A stretch of DNA of 64,000 bases from Octopus vulgaris (Eukaryota). The notes under the pieces are model-generated. The model was not told where the DNA came from and made no database searches. It saw nothing but the letters and a program-made list of their open reading frames with translations. Each line of letters opens with the position of its first letter. The stretch's first letter is position 1. This document shows, one piece after another, positions 38,901 through 54,829 of this stretch. Both the position numbers and the translations under genes were made by a program. The DNA lies in NCBI GenBank assembly GCA_951406725.2, contig OX597820.1:59210001-59274000 (forward strand), read 5' to 3'.

Positions 38901-41299
38901 GAGATCTCAAACAGAAGAGGAGAGACTTGATGCTTGCATAGTGATTACAAGAAAGAGACTTCCAAGTCTTAGAATTGGGTGGGAAGTTTTATTTGTTGGA
39001 ACAAGTATTTTTATACCTGTCTACTTGTCAAGTAGGAGTGGGCTAACAAATATTTTTGTTCAGTCAGGAAAACAAGAGATTGTAAATTAGATAGAGTGTG
39101 TTTACCAGGAACACACTCTCACATACACACACTATCATTATTGTTTCTATAAAACCAGATTATAATATTAGGGTGTGTGGCCTAATGGTTAAGGTGTTAC
39201 ACCCATGATTGCAAGATGGTAGGTTCAATTCCCAGATTGGTTGGTGTATTGTGTTCTTGAGCAAAGCATTTCATTTCATGCAACTCTGTGATTGCTTTGA
39301 CAGCTGACATATGGCATACCATGCACCTGCACAGGCAATGTAGATTTAACAGAGGAAGTGAGCTAATGTACAGCACAAACATTTGATCACTATCAACAGA
39401 CCAGCTGTGCAAATTGTAGAACTGTTTTCTCATATCTAGAGATGACCATTAATTAATAGCAAATTATAGAAAACATAATTCTATATTATAAAGGGTTAAG
39501 TCGATATAGTTGTGTGTATATGGATGTGTGATGAATCAGCTATTGGTTTCATCAATGAACATTTGTTCAGTCAACCAAACACCTGAATTAAATAAGTGGC
39601 TGAATATTTCACAGACACATGTACCCTTAATTAATGTCCAAACCGAATCAGTATGACTCATGTATCATAGTTGGACCTTTGAATCATAAATGCAATCCAC
39701 CTAACAAGTTTCCACAAAGTTTCTGTTGACCCAATTTCTTTCACAAGGCTAGGGGTTAACTCAAGATTATAGCAAAGACACCTGCCCTAAATGCCAAGTG
39801 ATGAAATTGTTCCTGGGGCCTTGAGATTGTAAACTTCTTAGCTACTCAGCTACAACGTTTAACAGTGAATTTAGAACACATAACAATGAAAACAATCATC
39901 CACATTCAGTGAGTTTTGTGATATTTGACAGCACTAACATTTTTATGTCTAATACAATCTCATCAAAAATACCCTCTCCACATAATTCAAGGCTTTGTGC
40001 CTATGTACAAATACGATATTTTACTCATGACTACATGAACACATCCAGGAATCTAAATTCACACCTATTGCAATTTTCATAGAAAGCATTGCATACACAG
40101 GTACACCATTGCTTTTCTAGAACCTTTACTTCCAAAACCTTTCCAGATTATTTCTTTTTCCAAAGCAGGAATGGTCATCTCTAAATTAAATTTTAAATTC
40201 ACCTGGATAATCAAATGTAATACAGGTGCATTAGTATACAGGTAATTAGTGCAGATTATAAGAGATTCTGGACCACCAGTCAGTGCTGTACATACACACT
40301 GATCAACGACATTTACTCATCCTAAAACCCCCACAGTTTAAATTTAACCCGTTTGCATTTAATCCGGCCCAAATATTCTCCGTGCATTATGCTAAAACTG
40401 ACCAGATCCAACCCCTCACACCTGCCCTACAATGTAATTCTGAAAACATACACACACATCATCTTGAAGCTACAAAATAATGCAATGTGAAGAAATAAGC
40501 AATACATTTGACAAGCAAATCTGAATACTAAAAGGAGAAAATACTGTAATACATTTGGCACAAAATATTGGATAGAATCATGAGATACTAATATCAGGTG
40601 TTGAGATTTCCAAAGTAAAAATAAAATAGAATGCTGAATCAATAATTTCATATCATACTATCCTATCATTACTGATTTATTTATCCATGTACTAATGTAG
40701 ACAAATGGAAAGAATTACTTAAGCTTTCAATGATTACAGGAATCCATCAATGAGCGATCAAGTATATTGAGTTTTGTAAAAGGGAACAGTTGATTATATT
40801 ATTGATTTCGGCTGATATATTTTATTGATTTCAGACAGATGAAAGGTAAAGCTAGTCTTTTTATCATGAGGACAACATTTAATTGTTCTCATAACTGGGT
40901 GGATGGATGGAGAGATTGTGCGCGCATGTGTGTGTGTGTGTGCAGAAGGAACAGACAACCATGGTCAACTAGATACCAGAGTGCTTCATTAGCTTGCAGT
41001 ACAGAGTTTAATTCATCTTGGAGGAGGAAGCTACCAGCTATAGAGCAACATCCTACACAGGGAAACATCTGCTGCGTCTACTTCAAGTTAAAGAAAATGC
41101 AACATTAGTTACTCAGATCTTAGGGACTCAGAAAAGGCTGAAGGGATTGAAAGGGGAGCCTAATTAAGACCCAAGTTCAAAACAACAAAGAATGATTCAA
41201 GAGAGATTTGGCTGCAATGGGATTACTTAACCTGGCAGCTCAAGTGATTTCACAGAAGTTTTTTCATTGGTTCATTTGTATTTGCTTTCACCAGGCAGG

Positions 41300-42830
41300 A
41301 GTTGAGCTGGCTCCAGCAAGTGAATCCGCAGCATCACAAAAAGATGCTAACCATTGAGATCACAGGCATTTAACATGGAGATCATCAACCAATTGTGATT
41401 CTGACAGCAGACATGGTACATGAAGATCAGACATCATTTCAAGATCCAACAATCATACTAACTGGCGTTTTCAGTTGTCTACCTCACTGCTTACACCATC
41501 CCAGGAGGGACTTTGGTTTAAATGCATCCTGAATGAGTTTGTTTCTTCAAAGATGATGATGCACGGCCAAACTAATGGGGGCAGTTTTGAGCAAGAATTG
41601 CTGAAAGGAATTAATCAGACAATGATAAAGAATTTCAGAGTTTGATATGACATCCAGAGTGAAAATATGAAGGATTCAGTGAAAGCAAAGGTGGTCAAAT
41701 ACTATCTAACTTGTGTAAATCCAGCATGCTCATTCATCATGTCTTACAAGATATAAAGCATAGCAAGATGCAGTTCTTCTTGTTTTTGCTTTTTTTTTAG
41801 TACATGAATTTTGACCTAAACCAAAGCCAACTTTGAAAATGACAGAAGGTACCATGTGTATAGAAAGCAGTTTTATACTTCAATCTTTTTGTTGAGGAAT
41901 GTCATGTTTTACACAGAAAACAGTTTTATAAACCAATCTTTCTTTTGTTGAAGAATGTCATGTTTAAAACCATTTTCTGTTGAGCTATATCACATTTATT
42001 GAGGCAATGTGACTTTCAGAAAATATACCAATACTATTTTTGGTAAATACTTAACACCATTACTTGAATAATTATAACATGGAAATTTTGCAGTGAAGGC
42101 AAACCACAGCAGCCTTTGATTCTGTTGCTTGCAACACGAAATACAAGGATATCAAGATTGTAGATGGATGACTTGTGAAGCTGCGAAGTCTAATTAGAGC
42201 ATGCAACTCTACACAAATAAAGATTCAGTACAATGGTGAGAAATCTGAAATCTTTGAAATTCATTTTTTCTGACTAGCTCTTTGACGATCTCAGCAGCTG
42301 AATGGCAGAGCACGTTTATGCAGATTTCTTGGGACAAGATTTCACTGTCATTGACCTAGAGTATGCTGACAAATTCATGATAATTGGTAATAGATACGTG
42401 AATGTCCAATAAGGTCTTGAACACCTCAGTGTATATGCATCATTTTATTAGCACTTAATGTCCGTTTTCCATGCTGGTATGGATTGGACAGTTTAACAAG
42501 AGCTGGTGAGGACAGGAATTGCACTAAGCTCCATTGTCTGTTTACACATGGTGAAAATAAAGACCGCATCTGCTGCTATCAGATGGCACATGGAGGTGTT
42601 ATCCTCAATGACTGGTGTAGCAGCATCTTCAACTGCTGCTGCAAGGGCAAAGAAGAGGTTTATGAAAGGAGTAATTACAGAGGTATCAAAGTGATGGACT
42701 AAGTTACGAAAATAGCAGAAAGTTACAGTACGGTTAATTAGGAGGAGAATTAGCTTAGATTAGATGTTGTTTGGGTTTGTGCCAGAACCTGAAACCATTA
42801 ATGTCTTCTTTTTAGCGAGATGAACTGCAG
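41300..42830 (+). mobile_element. Decayed RTE-type LINE fragments
   Basis: AAFDSV and DLEYAD remnants; at 42560-42830, CKGKEEVYERSNYRGIKVMD of the same RTE family as 34969. Confidence 0.55.
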
Positions 42831-43882
42831 AAGTTTGTAGTTAAGAATCGATGATGAGGTTCCCCTCATTGAATAGAAATGTTTGTGAGAGTGGAAGGAT
42901 TAGCAGATAAAACAACATAAGTGGCATCAAAACACAGACTAGATGAAAACAACAGAATATTAACAAGACAAGATGAGGGAGCTGCTACATGGTCCCTGGA
43001 CCTGCTAGAAACAACAGTCAAAATATCCCTCAAGTCAAAACCCTACCATCTCAAATAAGGGCATATTAGATAATATAGTCCAACACATCTCTAGTGAGAT
43101 GATTACAACTGGAATGCCTTTGATGACAGCCCAGGGTTAACTTGGGTTAAATGAGAACAAAAATGATTGTGTATTAAGGGAAACAAATAGACAAAGACAT
43201 GAAACTGACTGGAAAGAGTGCATATGTATGATACCATAGACTGTACAGATGATGAAATGGCAAGAGGGGGAGAAGAGATAGTATCAGATAGCAGTAATAA
43301 ACCACATCAACATCTCACTAAGGTTTGACTGGGGATAAAGATTAGAAACCAGCAATGGTGGGGATGGTGTGCATAAGAGCAAGATTAGGCTTTGTTGTTA
43401 CTTATAACCAACACAGATGGGAGAGGGGGAGAGGGAGGGAAAAGCAGAAGGAGTGATGATGAACGAAGGGTATGAAATCAGAATTAAGTGACTTGTTGTC
43501 AGCAAAAGCCATCATGAAAGCAAGTTCATATGGTTCCGGCTTTGATCTCTCTGATTATATCAGATGCCCTTCCTGTCGCCAACTCTCACTTGTTTCCAAG
43601 CAAGGTAATGTTTCCCCATGACTGGATGTTTTCTTGGAAGAATAGAAACAAAGGACATTCTTTTTATGGCAGTGACACTTGTCTACAACAGGTTCGTGAT
43701 GCCAACATGAAGAGACACACAAATGCATATACACAAACATGCATGATTCTTGTTTTTCAGTCTCAGCCTACCAAATCCACTCATAAGGGCTTGATCAGCC
43801 CATGGTTGTAGAAAACACTCACCCAAAGAGACATGCAGCAGGACTGAACCTCAAACCATGTGAATACAGCCATGCCTGAACT

Positions 43883-43913
<31 letters not shown>

Positions 43914-44956
43914 ATAAGTGGATGTCTGCATTAGCAAAAAAATATCTAACAAAGTTCACAAACACAGAAAAATTTGAGAAAAAATAAATTGAAAATTTGA
44001 CTTCAAAGTGCTTTCCTTGAAATATAGGTAATCACATATCTAGATAGCTTATGAACTTATCCAAATTTTCACTCTACTTAAATAAGATCAGGTCATGTAA
44101 CTTTTGATAAAGTTAATGGTTACAACCAATAACGTTATTCTTTGAATTCATATTGCCAACAAAAAATGTATAAGGTTGAAAAAGTTTTCTTCATAATCTG
44201 GAAATTATGACATGAGAAAAAGTGTCAAGGCTGGAAATACCAACTCAAATGAAAGGTCAAGTCATAACAATTTTATACAGGTCATAAGTTTATGACAAAG
44301 TGAAGAAATTTGGAACAGATTATAAATATTACTTGAGCTCAGATAGATTAAGATGAGTCAACAAGAGCCAAATTTCCCTCAAAGTATATAACCCTACTAT
44401 CTTGAAAAGAGAAAACACTGGGTAATGTATTCCTAGATGCACAAAGCCCATGAGAAAGACAAGACTGCCATGGTTGGAATGCCATAGGTCAGGCTAACAA
44501 AGTTAATCAAGGACAATCTGTTACAATTATGTCTTAAGGAAACAAAGATACACAGGAAAAAAAGAAAACGAAGAAAAATGAAATGGGAGAAAAAGGTAAT
44601 TTACTCCAAAGAGAAAAAGAATGGTTTTGACAGGAAATTCCACTTCTATTACAAAATACTTTAAGGACAATGAGGAAAAGAAATAATGAGACTAAGAGCA
44701 TGGAAATTAGGGGAAGGGTCAAATTTCTGATATGTATGACATCAAAGTTGAAACTCAGCTTGCTGACGACTTTTTCTATATATACAGACATACATACATA
44801 TGTATATATAATATATATCCTCTTTCGCAAATTCCAGGCCTTGTGCCTATGCCACAAATAATTATACATGCATGCATATATACGTATATGTGTGTATGTA
44901 TAAACATGTGTATAAGCATACACACATATACACGTGTGTGTGTATATATATATATA

Positions 44957-45305
44957 TGGCACGTAAAAAGTACCATCCGTTGGTGTCCGTTGCCAGCCTC
45001 GCCTGGCCCCCGTGCCGGTGGCACGTAAAAGCACCATCCGTTCGTGTCCGTTGCCAGCCTCGCCTGGCCCCCGTGCCGGTGGCACGTAAAAGCACCATCC
45101 ATTCGTGGCCGTTTGCTAGCTCCATCTGGCACCTGTAAAAAGCACCCACTACACTCACGGAGTGGTTGGCGTTAGGAAGGGCATCCAGCCGTAGAAACAC
45201 TGCCAGATCAGACTGGGCCTGATGCAGCCTTCTGGCTTCACAGACCCCAGTTGAACCGTCCAACCCATGCTACCATGGAAAGTGGACGCTAAATGGTGAT
45301 GATGA
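44957..45305 (+). mobile_element. RTE 3' UTR fragment with 60-bp tandem units; other tails at ~4430-4545, 16578-17080, 29520-29770 and 58550-58970 (all minus)
   Basis: Matches 36730-36920; (TGA)n tail. Confidence 0.85.
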
Positions 45306-46671
45306 TATATATATATCTTTATATATATATATAAAATGTATGTACAAGTTGCCTGTAACATTGATACAAGGCTTGGAAATTGGGGACATCATCGACTCCA
45401 CTACTTGAATAATAATTTATACACTATATGCCTGCATAAATTGTTGACAATTTTGTACTATGAACAAAGAGTGCTCGGTGCAGATAGCAGTGTCTTATTA
45501 AAACATTCAGCTTTATATAATATACACACCTACTACTTTACAAATGTACACATTGCGTTTGAAATTATACATACACACAAATTCCACTACAATTGCTAAA
45601 ACTTTTGATGTTTTTGTTTAACTCAAGGTAAAACTTGCCTGAATAAAACCCTAATATCAAAAGTTTTCTATTCGTGATCATCCCATCGCTTTCTTTTCTC
45701 GGATAAAGTAATATCTACATCAATGTGTAATATCCAAAGTATCTTCACGTTTTGTAAAGCAGTACGGTGTTGTTTAAGGGAAACTTGACTGCTATTTCTA
45801 GCAGATCAAGCAATTACGAAAAGCTTTCTTCGATGGTTCGTAGATTAAGACGAAATTCAATGACTTACGTCGACCAAATAAATATACAGATGCCAAAAGT
45901 AAGATTATACCACGAAGAAACAGAACTTATTTGCAGCATATGAGACCTAAACATAGCATGTACAACTTCGAGACACAAACAAAACAGTGCTGTGCCAGGA
46001 GTGACGAATCACACACACGTTCTATTTCACCTATGGTTGCACAGGGTCTTCAAGTTTATATATATACAAATTGAGATAGGGGTTGTAAATGCAACCCTCC
46101 ATGGGATAACATATATCCAATATACTGCTAGTGAACTCGGACGTACATCTGTGCACCTGTGGATCTTAATGTCGTGTAGACAGAATGCTTTTATTTCATA
46201 TTTCGTATGTATATGCAGATATTTAACACTTTGCATGGTATTGTGGTACTATTGTGACTATATTGCTAATAATGGAATCTATATATTGTTTTTCTAGTAT
46301 TAGCGTTATTAATAATAATATGAATGATGATATTGGTAGCATTAGTGGTAATGACAATGATAATGATGCTAACATTAATGACATTTTGGAAATTAATAAG
46401 AATTAATATAATGTACTCTTGACTCTGTATATCTGCATTTAGGTATTAATATGTGTATGTTTTTCTACATTGTAATTATCACAATATTAAGTTGAAAAAC
46501 TGTAACATTGAATGTGGAACATATGTATGTTTATTGATTTATATTATTTATATTATTATGTATATGTATAGGAGTATGAGTATATGCACTCATATGTATA
46601 TGTATATGTTTTACTATGGGTATGTACCCAAACCTATATAAGTGTGTATGTAATCTGATTTGTATCACATA

Positions 46672-46798
46672 ATCTCCGGAGAGGCCTTAGGATATTTTTG
46701 TAAATGTCTCATTTATAACTACATATTGACCTACCATAAATGGCTAATATAAGTAAAATGAGACATACTTATCTGCATGGCCGAAACAGCTGTAAGAT
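46672..46798 (+). ncRNA. Degenerate type I hammerhead-like motif with extended stem II
   Basis: ATCT-CCGGAGA-GGCC...GGCC-GAAAC-AGCT-GTA-AGAT. Stems I, II and III pair; the CUGAnGA box has two substitutions. Confidence 0.55.
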
Positions 46799-48429
46799 GT
46801 AGTCTATATTTATATTTATATTTACTTATATTCTCTTATACATATTGTACTTATTGTATAACATTACTCCTTTATGTACACTGTTTTGTTCTACATTATT
46901 ATGTTTCACCTTAAAGTTCCTTATGTGGTGGTTTAATAAAGTATGTGATTGGGTATTATCTGGTAATTGATATTTGATTTGGATGTATATCTCCATTTTC
47001 TTATTTTGTGTATATATATATATATATGCGCGCACACACACACACATCCCAAGGGAGCATCTAGAGGCCAAGGGGTTCACTCGATCTGTTAGAGCTGGCA
47101 GAAACGTTAGCACGCCGGGCGAAAAGCTTAGAGGTATTTTGTCTGTCTTTACGTTCTGAGTTCAAATTCCGCCGAGGTCGACTTTGCCTTTCATCCTTTC
47201 AGGGTCGATAAATTAAGTACCAGTTACACACTGGGGTTGATCTAATCGGCTTAATCCCTTCGTCTGTCTTTGTTTGTTCCCTCTGTGTTTAGCCCCTTGT
47301 GGGCAATAAAGAAATAAGAAATAGAAACCAAATATTCTTCAGACCACAAACTGCTGTCTGAAATAGAGGGAAGGAGCATGAAACACTGGACAAGGCCACA
47401 TTTGGCAAAGTAATCATAAATATGCAAAAAGGTAGGATGATCACTAGCAGAACGTCTTGCTTAATTAATAGGCCTATTCTGACGGACTGACAAAGGACCA
47501 AAGACTGACATACGACCGTAAAGGAAGTGTGTGTGTGTATCTTTGATGTTTTCTTCTTCCTGTCTTTAATAGTGCGTAGAAGGAGTTTGTGATGCATGAA
47601 AAGTAGAGACGATGTAGGAACATTAAATGTTTTGGTTAACTGGAAAGTTCCTACAAGACCTGTTATATTTTCCTTCTTGATACAGGGCGCAGGCGTGGCT
47701 GTGTGGTAAGAAGTTTGCTTCCCAAACACATGGTGCTGGGTTCAATCCCAAGGCCAATCAAAACCGTGTGAGTGGATTTGGGGGACAGAAACTGAAAAAA
47801 GAAATCCTGTCGTACATGTGTGTATGTGTGTGCTTCCACCGCTTGACAACCGGTATTGTTTTACGTCCCAGTAACTTAGAGGTTCGGCAAAAAAGACCGA
47901 TAGGATAAGTAGCAGACTTTAAATAAATACTGAAGGCGATGATTTCGACTAAAAGTCCTTCAAGACGGTGCTCCAGCATGGCCACACACCAGTAACTGAG
48001 ACAAGTAGAAGAAAAAGTGAAGCTGAATGGGCCAAAGTAAAGAATACGCACACCGGGTGTTTAGGGTTAGAGTTTTTGTTACGCCGAAAACTGGTAGTGT
48101 ACTTATTCTTTACCTCCGCTGATGTTTTTGTTTTAACCCACAAACCAAACTTGATCGAGTAGACTTATGATCAAAGACAGCTATGGGTAACTCACTTTTT
48201 CCTTAGGAAAAAAAAGTAGGCTGTGATTAGAAGATTTGACTGTTGTTTTTAGCACGTCGAGCTACCACATGCAGATTCTCTCATCCGTTCTCGAGTACGT
48301 CCGATATCATGTAAACACGATACCAGCTGTGCTTTGTTAAATGTTTGTGAGTGAAAAAAAAACACTATTAACGTGTATTTATCTCTCCCTTACACACACA
48401 CACTCACTCAAAGATTAGAGTGTGAATGA

Positions 48430-48463
<34 letters not shown>

Positions 48464-49026
48464 TAGCATTAAAGTTCTTTAAACCATCATACCTATGGCC
48501 AAATTATGACACTAACTTCATTGGCAGCTGCTCTATATTGTTGATGTCCGTCTCTCAGTGGCCGCTGATAAGGTTAGAAATTGCAATTAAAAATCATTGA
48601 AATCACACACTACTGTCTCAAATAAATGAAGGACACACATTAGAGAGATGTAATCGTAGATAGCACTAAAAAAACCCTTTTGATCATAAGCCTGTTCGAT
48701 CAAGACAGACTTACAGCTTAAATAATAACAATCAATTTTGAGTGTTATACTGCAGGTGTCCGTTTTTTTAGCGTTTATAGAAACACAACTAAGACCGCTT
48801 GGCTAGCGATCAATCACCCTTGGCATGCAGACACTATTGAACATCATTGCAGACGCGTACATACGTGACTTAATATCCAACAAGTCTACGCATACACACA
48901 GACAAACATAGTATTCATGATAATCGAAGTCGGTTAAGGATTTTCCAAAGAAAGCTGCATTCATCCTCACGCCGCCGATCATTCAGTTCGAAGTGGTGTG
49001 ATGCCGACAATTATTTGACCCCCATA

Positions 49027-49255
49027 AGGCGGCGGACTGGCAGAAACGTTAGCACGCCGGGCGAAATACTTAACAGCATTTCGTCTGTCTTTACGTTCTG
49101 AGTTCAAATTCCACCGAGGACAGCTTTACCTTTCATCCTTTCGGGGTCGATAAATTAAGTACCATTTGCGTACTGGAGTCGATCCAATCGGTTGCCCCCC
49201 CCCCCAACCCCACCAAAAAAAAATTTCGGGCCTTGCGCCTAGAGCAGAAAATATT
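49027..49255 (+). mobile_element. SINE family B (GCCTTTCATCCTTTCGGGGTCGATAAA core)
   Basis: Copies at ~47093-47320, 55216-55430, 61100-61280, 54330-54790, a minus-strand cluster at 14150-15335, and fragments at 1-250, 10270-10410, 26440-26550 and 27920-28070. B box GAGTTCAAATTCC. Confidence 0.85.
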
Positions 49256-49957
49256 AATATTTAACCCCAAGTCAAACCGAATAGAGCAGACAGATCTATG
49301 TTCGAAGGCAATGTTCCTTCAGACGTAAATTACATTTACAAACTACATTATCCAACTTGTATTTTTTTCGTTTTAGAGACAGTACCGAATAATTTGAGGC
49401 GAATGTATATTACTATATTTAACAGATCTTGAAAAAGAATCACACGTTTGCTCGCGTTTTCCTCCCAGTTCATCCCTAAGCGAGCAAGCCTATATTTAAA
49501 GCTGTACCAATCATAATCATCCCAATTTCTCTTAGAGATATCGAAGACTACCAATGTAGCCGGCTGTTTTCGTGAATAAAGAGTGTGAAGCGTGAGATTT
49601 GGTTGCTTTTTCTCGTAGGTCGAGTGACGACATAGTGGCTGCCATCAATGGGAGGTGGGCCAGTTATTTGCTTACATTCTAACAATGTCGGTAATCAATC
49701 ATAAGAACTTGTAACTTGTATACAAAATTAAGCTGTCACTACATTTACTGAAAGTGGATGCATTAATAAAATGTGGTATGATCCATGTCTATACATACTA
49801 TACACACACATATATGTGCGTATATATAAATATATATATATATAGTCAGTAATTTAAACATCCATTCAAAGGGATATTTTCTCGCAACGTCACCACTTCG
49901 TGTATAATATATTAGACATGAATGCATATAGTAAGTACGCATGCAAGCACTCATATG

Positions 49958-50005
<48 letters not shown>

Positions 50006-50763
50006 GCTTAACGTCTCATATATCAGAAACTTAATCTCGATATGGATATATTGCATACACAATGCATTTTTGTGATTTCGTTCAAGCACATTCCAACCGT
50101 GACACTCCAATCCGCCTTGGTAGGGATGAAAACTAGGACTATATTTACGTTCACTTTTTCTTAATAGCGATTTAGTCGCTATTTCTAGTAGGTCAAGTGA
50201 GAGGGTTGCGTAGAAGCTTCTTCGTTGACTCCCAAACAAGTACGGTGTATTAGTTTCTACCCCCAACAACACAAAGAAGGACTCCCTTCATTAGTCGATC
50301 TGCCAGAAATAGCCACCAATTCCTTCAAATCATACCGTATCGTTGCGATTTGAGGGCTGTTCGAGGAAGGACAGACATTGGAGAGTGCAGATATGTGTGA
50401 CGATTATGAGACGAACTGGTTACAGCTGAGTTAACCTGACCCTAAACACAAAGCTAAAAAATCCGTCTGGCAAAAGAAACATTTAACAGTAACAATATCA
50501 ACACCACTGCCAACAACAACAAATGCAGCCCCCCACCTAAAATGGCAGTGAGGAGAGATCATGATGATTATATGTAAGATGAAGTGGTAAAACTAGCCAA
50601 TGTGGTTTGGACGTATTAAGTTTTCTGTGTCTCTGCGTCTGCGCGTGTTTATATACACATTAAAAGTATCAAGGGCTATACGCAAGCATATACACACATT
50701 GAGGTCAATGTATGTAGCACATACGTATGTATGACGTGAGTATATGTACGTACGCATGTGTGA

Positions 50764-50808
<45 letters not shown>

Positions 50809-52521
50809 CATACATAGACACACGTTAGCATATGTACAAATCCATATGTAAGGGGTGAAATGGGTCAATAGCTACTACAAAAAAATTGGTGTGTTTAATT
50901 AAATTAAGAAACGTTAAAGCCTTTACAAATTGTCCAGTACCATAGCAAAGAAAGAAAAATCATAAAGAGCAACTTGTTTTTTGTCTAGCTTTTTTTTTCT
51001 TTGCTCCTCCACTTTCTTACCGGTAGGGGGGGAGCAAAATATTCACCCTAATATTTTGGTGGTGGTGATGATGTTGGGCCTTGTATTTGTGAATTTAAGA
51101 ATCACTCGACTAATCTCTACATTGTATGGTGTATATAAAGTATACCTACAAATCGATATGTTGTATTTGTGATGAATGGGGATACTCGGGAAACTCAGAA
51201 TAGTTAAGAATATTCTCAACATTACGTCCTCACAATGTTTGCTTATTATATATATATATATATATATACATACATACATACTCAACCGTTGGTGTGTGAC
51301 ATATTTTGAATTCTTTATTATAATCATTAACATTACCATAATCATCCCTAACTGATATTGTGATAACCGTCACCATTAGTATTGCTGTTAAAGCAAGAAA
51401 CCTATATTGCTAAAGACAGACATAATTGATAGTGTCGGACAAAATGGTTTGCACCATTTAAATCGTGTCCCGTTTCCCATATGTAAGTTCGAATCCGGCA
51501 GCAAGCAAAATCGCTTGTGGTTATATAATTACATACCAAATTTTGCTCAGGATGGATATCAACTTATAATGAGTGAAGATTTGTGTTTAATAATGATCTC
51601 TAACTTAAGCAGTTAATAATATATCTTTGGGAAGAAATGCATAACTGTCACGGCTTCTCATTTCTTGAAAAAAAAAAAAAAATTAAATAACCTTTTCAAA
51701 GTACATGTCTATGTATGAAATAATACTAATCGATCCGAAACCGCTTTTGTCGAAGAACGAGACTAAATGAAGAAAATATCAGTATACTGAAAAGATGGTG
51801 GTGGTGATGAGGAGGAGGTTCCGTGGTGGGGACGAGGGAGGTCTAGTGATGTTTACAACTGAGACACACAGACAGACAACGTCTGATCTGACATATATTA
51901 AAAGACGACAAACTTCACTCACCCATATTCATGCAATAATTAAACATATTTTAGCTGTGAATGTTGAAAAAAAATAATGCCTGCATAATTATATATGTAT
52001 CTAATTAAAGCAGGGACCTAATCAATAGTCTATATATTACTAATTAGTAACAAAAGAAAATTTTAAAGCTGTCTCTAAATAGAGAAATAGTGTCACTTGT
52101 TACGTAGTTAGAAGTGTGAAGAACGTGTACCTCGTCCATTTGGATGAGTCTTTCACTTTTACAGTTACAATACGAATATATTTAATATAGGGTGCATATG
52201 AAACGAAAGCACTTTTTCCCCGTAGTCCTAAATCAAACGGTTCACAGTCCAAGTATGTCCCTCCCACAAAAAGCAGGAAACTAGAGTTAAACTAAATAAT
52301 GGCCAGGGCGTATTCTTATAAAGAATGTTGGATGTGAATAGAATTAAAAACTAGAGCATTACACATGAAGACATCAACAAACACATACACATATACACAC
52401 AGTAATAGAAATACACGTATCAGTAGATATATATCACTAAGAAATAATACACACGTATACATACATCAAGAAAAATACATATACGTACGCATAAGATTTA
52501 CATATACACCAATACAGAATT

Positions 52522-52562
<41 letters not shown>

Positions 52563-54829
52563 ATATACAGCATTCGAGTAACTTCTCACTCGTCGAGAAA
52601 GCCGAAAACTAATACTAACCTTTCTTTCTACAGACTAATAATTACACACACAGGCACATACATCAACAGCTTATATGCGTGTCAACAAGACATTCATAAT
52701 AATGCATATACATACACATGTGTATATGCTTAGTTTTTTTTATGACTTATGTTAAATTAATTTTACATGCTAGGCACAAAGATTCTTACTATTTTCAACT
52801 ACACACATAATTGTGACATTCAAAAAAATACACGCATTCCTCACCCGTTATTATTTATCGAAGAATTTGTTAAATGTCATCTCGGTCTTCTAGCGACAGA
52901 AGTACCAAAAAGCATGAGATAAACAAATATATATATATTGTACATAAGTATATATAAAGCTTTTAGGATACCAATTATGAAAAAATAATTAACACTAAGT
53001 GGAAGGTGAAATCTCATTATAATATATACATGAGTGTGTATGTATATACACGGATACACACATATTAGGGGTGACTCTTGGTACTTAAGCCAGAGAATAC
53101 AATTTTAAAGGCTATAACTAAAGTAGGTTTCATTTAGTCGTCTACCATAAGTGAAAATTTTTTATTTAATTGCATTCTCTTAGATATCTTAGGCATGCAT
53201 TGCCTTCATGCACACCACACACATAATATCGTCTGTTTTTTATGGACTTCATTAACAATCCTGTTCTGCCTATTTTGATACCACCCAGTTTTGCAGCATC
53301 TTTCTGTTTAAGTCGCACTTGCAATACGGTTGCCAGTGGCCGTTAAGCAGCGTTGTGATGATGGGTACAAAAACCGAAGGGTCCAGCGAGTTCAAAAAGT
53401 ACGTTACCGGGAACTGGGGATAGTATATAGGTGATTGAGGGGGGAAAATGTCGATAAAGAAGCAAACAGACAAACAAAGAAGAAAAGAAAATTAAAACAA
53501 AAATACAGTGAGAATTACCTGGCACATAATAATAATAACAGCGACAAATCGGAGGAGACTAGAAGATTGTAGCATCATTGACAAGCTCTCTAGTAATGAA
53601 GACTTGTTTACTACTTTCTATTTACGGTAGACAGTAAGTGCTACGATTTAGTTGGAAGATAATGGTGCTTGAAAGTCTTAGTTTAGCCTTTTTTTTTATA
53701 TATATATATATATATGTTTGTCTATCCCGTAGGTCTGTTTGACAGTCTCGTCTCAACCAAAATCAGCACCACTACCACTAATGCTAATACTGAAAACAAT
53801 GGTGTCGCCCACCACCACCACAAACAACAATGCGACTACTTCAATACTGCTACTGTAACTACTACTAATACTACTACTACTACCACTACTCAAAACAATT
53901 CTTCTTCCCCCCCCTATCTCACCCTAGACCTCTATGTCTATCATACCAACTCCACTTCTATTTTTATCACTACTACAACAACTAAGTATTTTAACTGTTC
54001 AAATGGGAAATAAATTGGTTGTGCTGTGAAGAAGAGCAAAAGTTTAACGTTTCGGATATTTTATGATTGAGTCCAATGAGCGTAGTAATTAAATTCTCTA
54101 GCTTCTTTCTTTTTAATGTTGTTGCCTTTTTGCTTACAAAGGCTTACTTTCGTTGGTTTATTATTTAATCTAAACTTAACATAGTCAGTGGCACATTTGA
54201 AAGAGTGACAAAAAAAATTGAGCTATGTAGTTGTCTCCCTTCTTATACACAGGATCAATTTTATTGAAATGAATATTCACCTCTAAAAAAATATTGGGGC
54301 TTGGCACCACAACTTAAAAATTATTAATATTGCGGATAGGGTAGTGGATTGGTAGATTCGTTGGAATATCGGACAAAATGCATTGCGGTGTTTGTTCTAG
54401 CTCGTTAAGAGGTCAAATTTATCTTTTGCTCTTCCGGGTTCGATAAAACTCTATCAGTCAGCTACTGGAGATCAATATATTCGACTGTTCCCTGACCTTG
54501 TACCTAAATTAGAAATTATTATTATTATTTAAAAATTATTATTATCATTTTTACTGTTTCGGATGAAGTATCAGAGTCGCTGAAGTGTCGGGAAAAAATG
54601 CCGGTAGCACAGCTCTATAAATTCTGTGCAAACCCCAACCGAAGTCAACTTTGCATTTAATTATTCCAAAGTCGATAAAATAAAGTTCTGGCCAAGCACA
54701 ATGGTCGATTTTATCGACAACCCCACCACCACCACCACCAGTCCCCACTATACACGCACCCACAAAATCATGGGTTCGTGCTTATGTTAGAGGCGAGATG
54801 GCAGAGTCGTTAGTTTTCAGGCTGGATTC

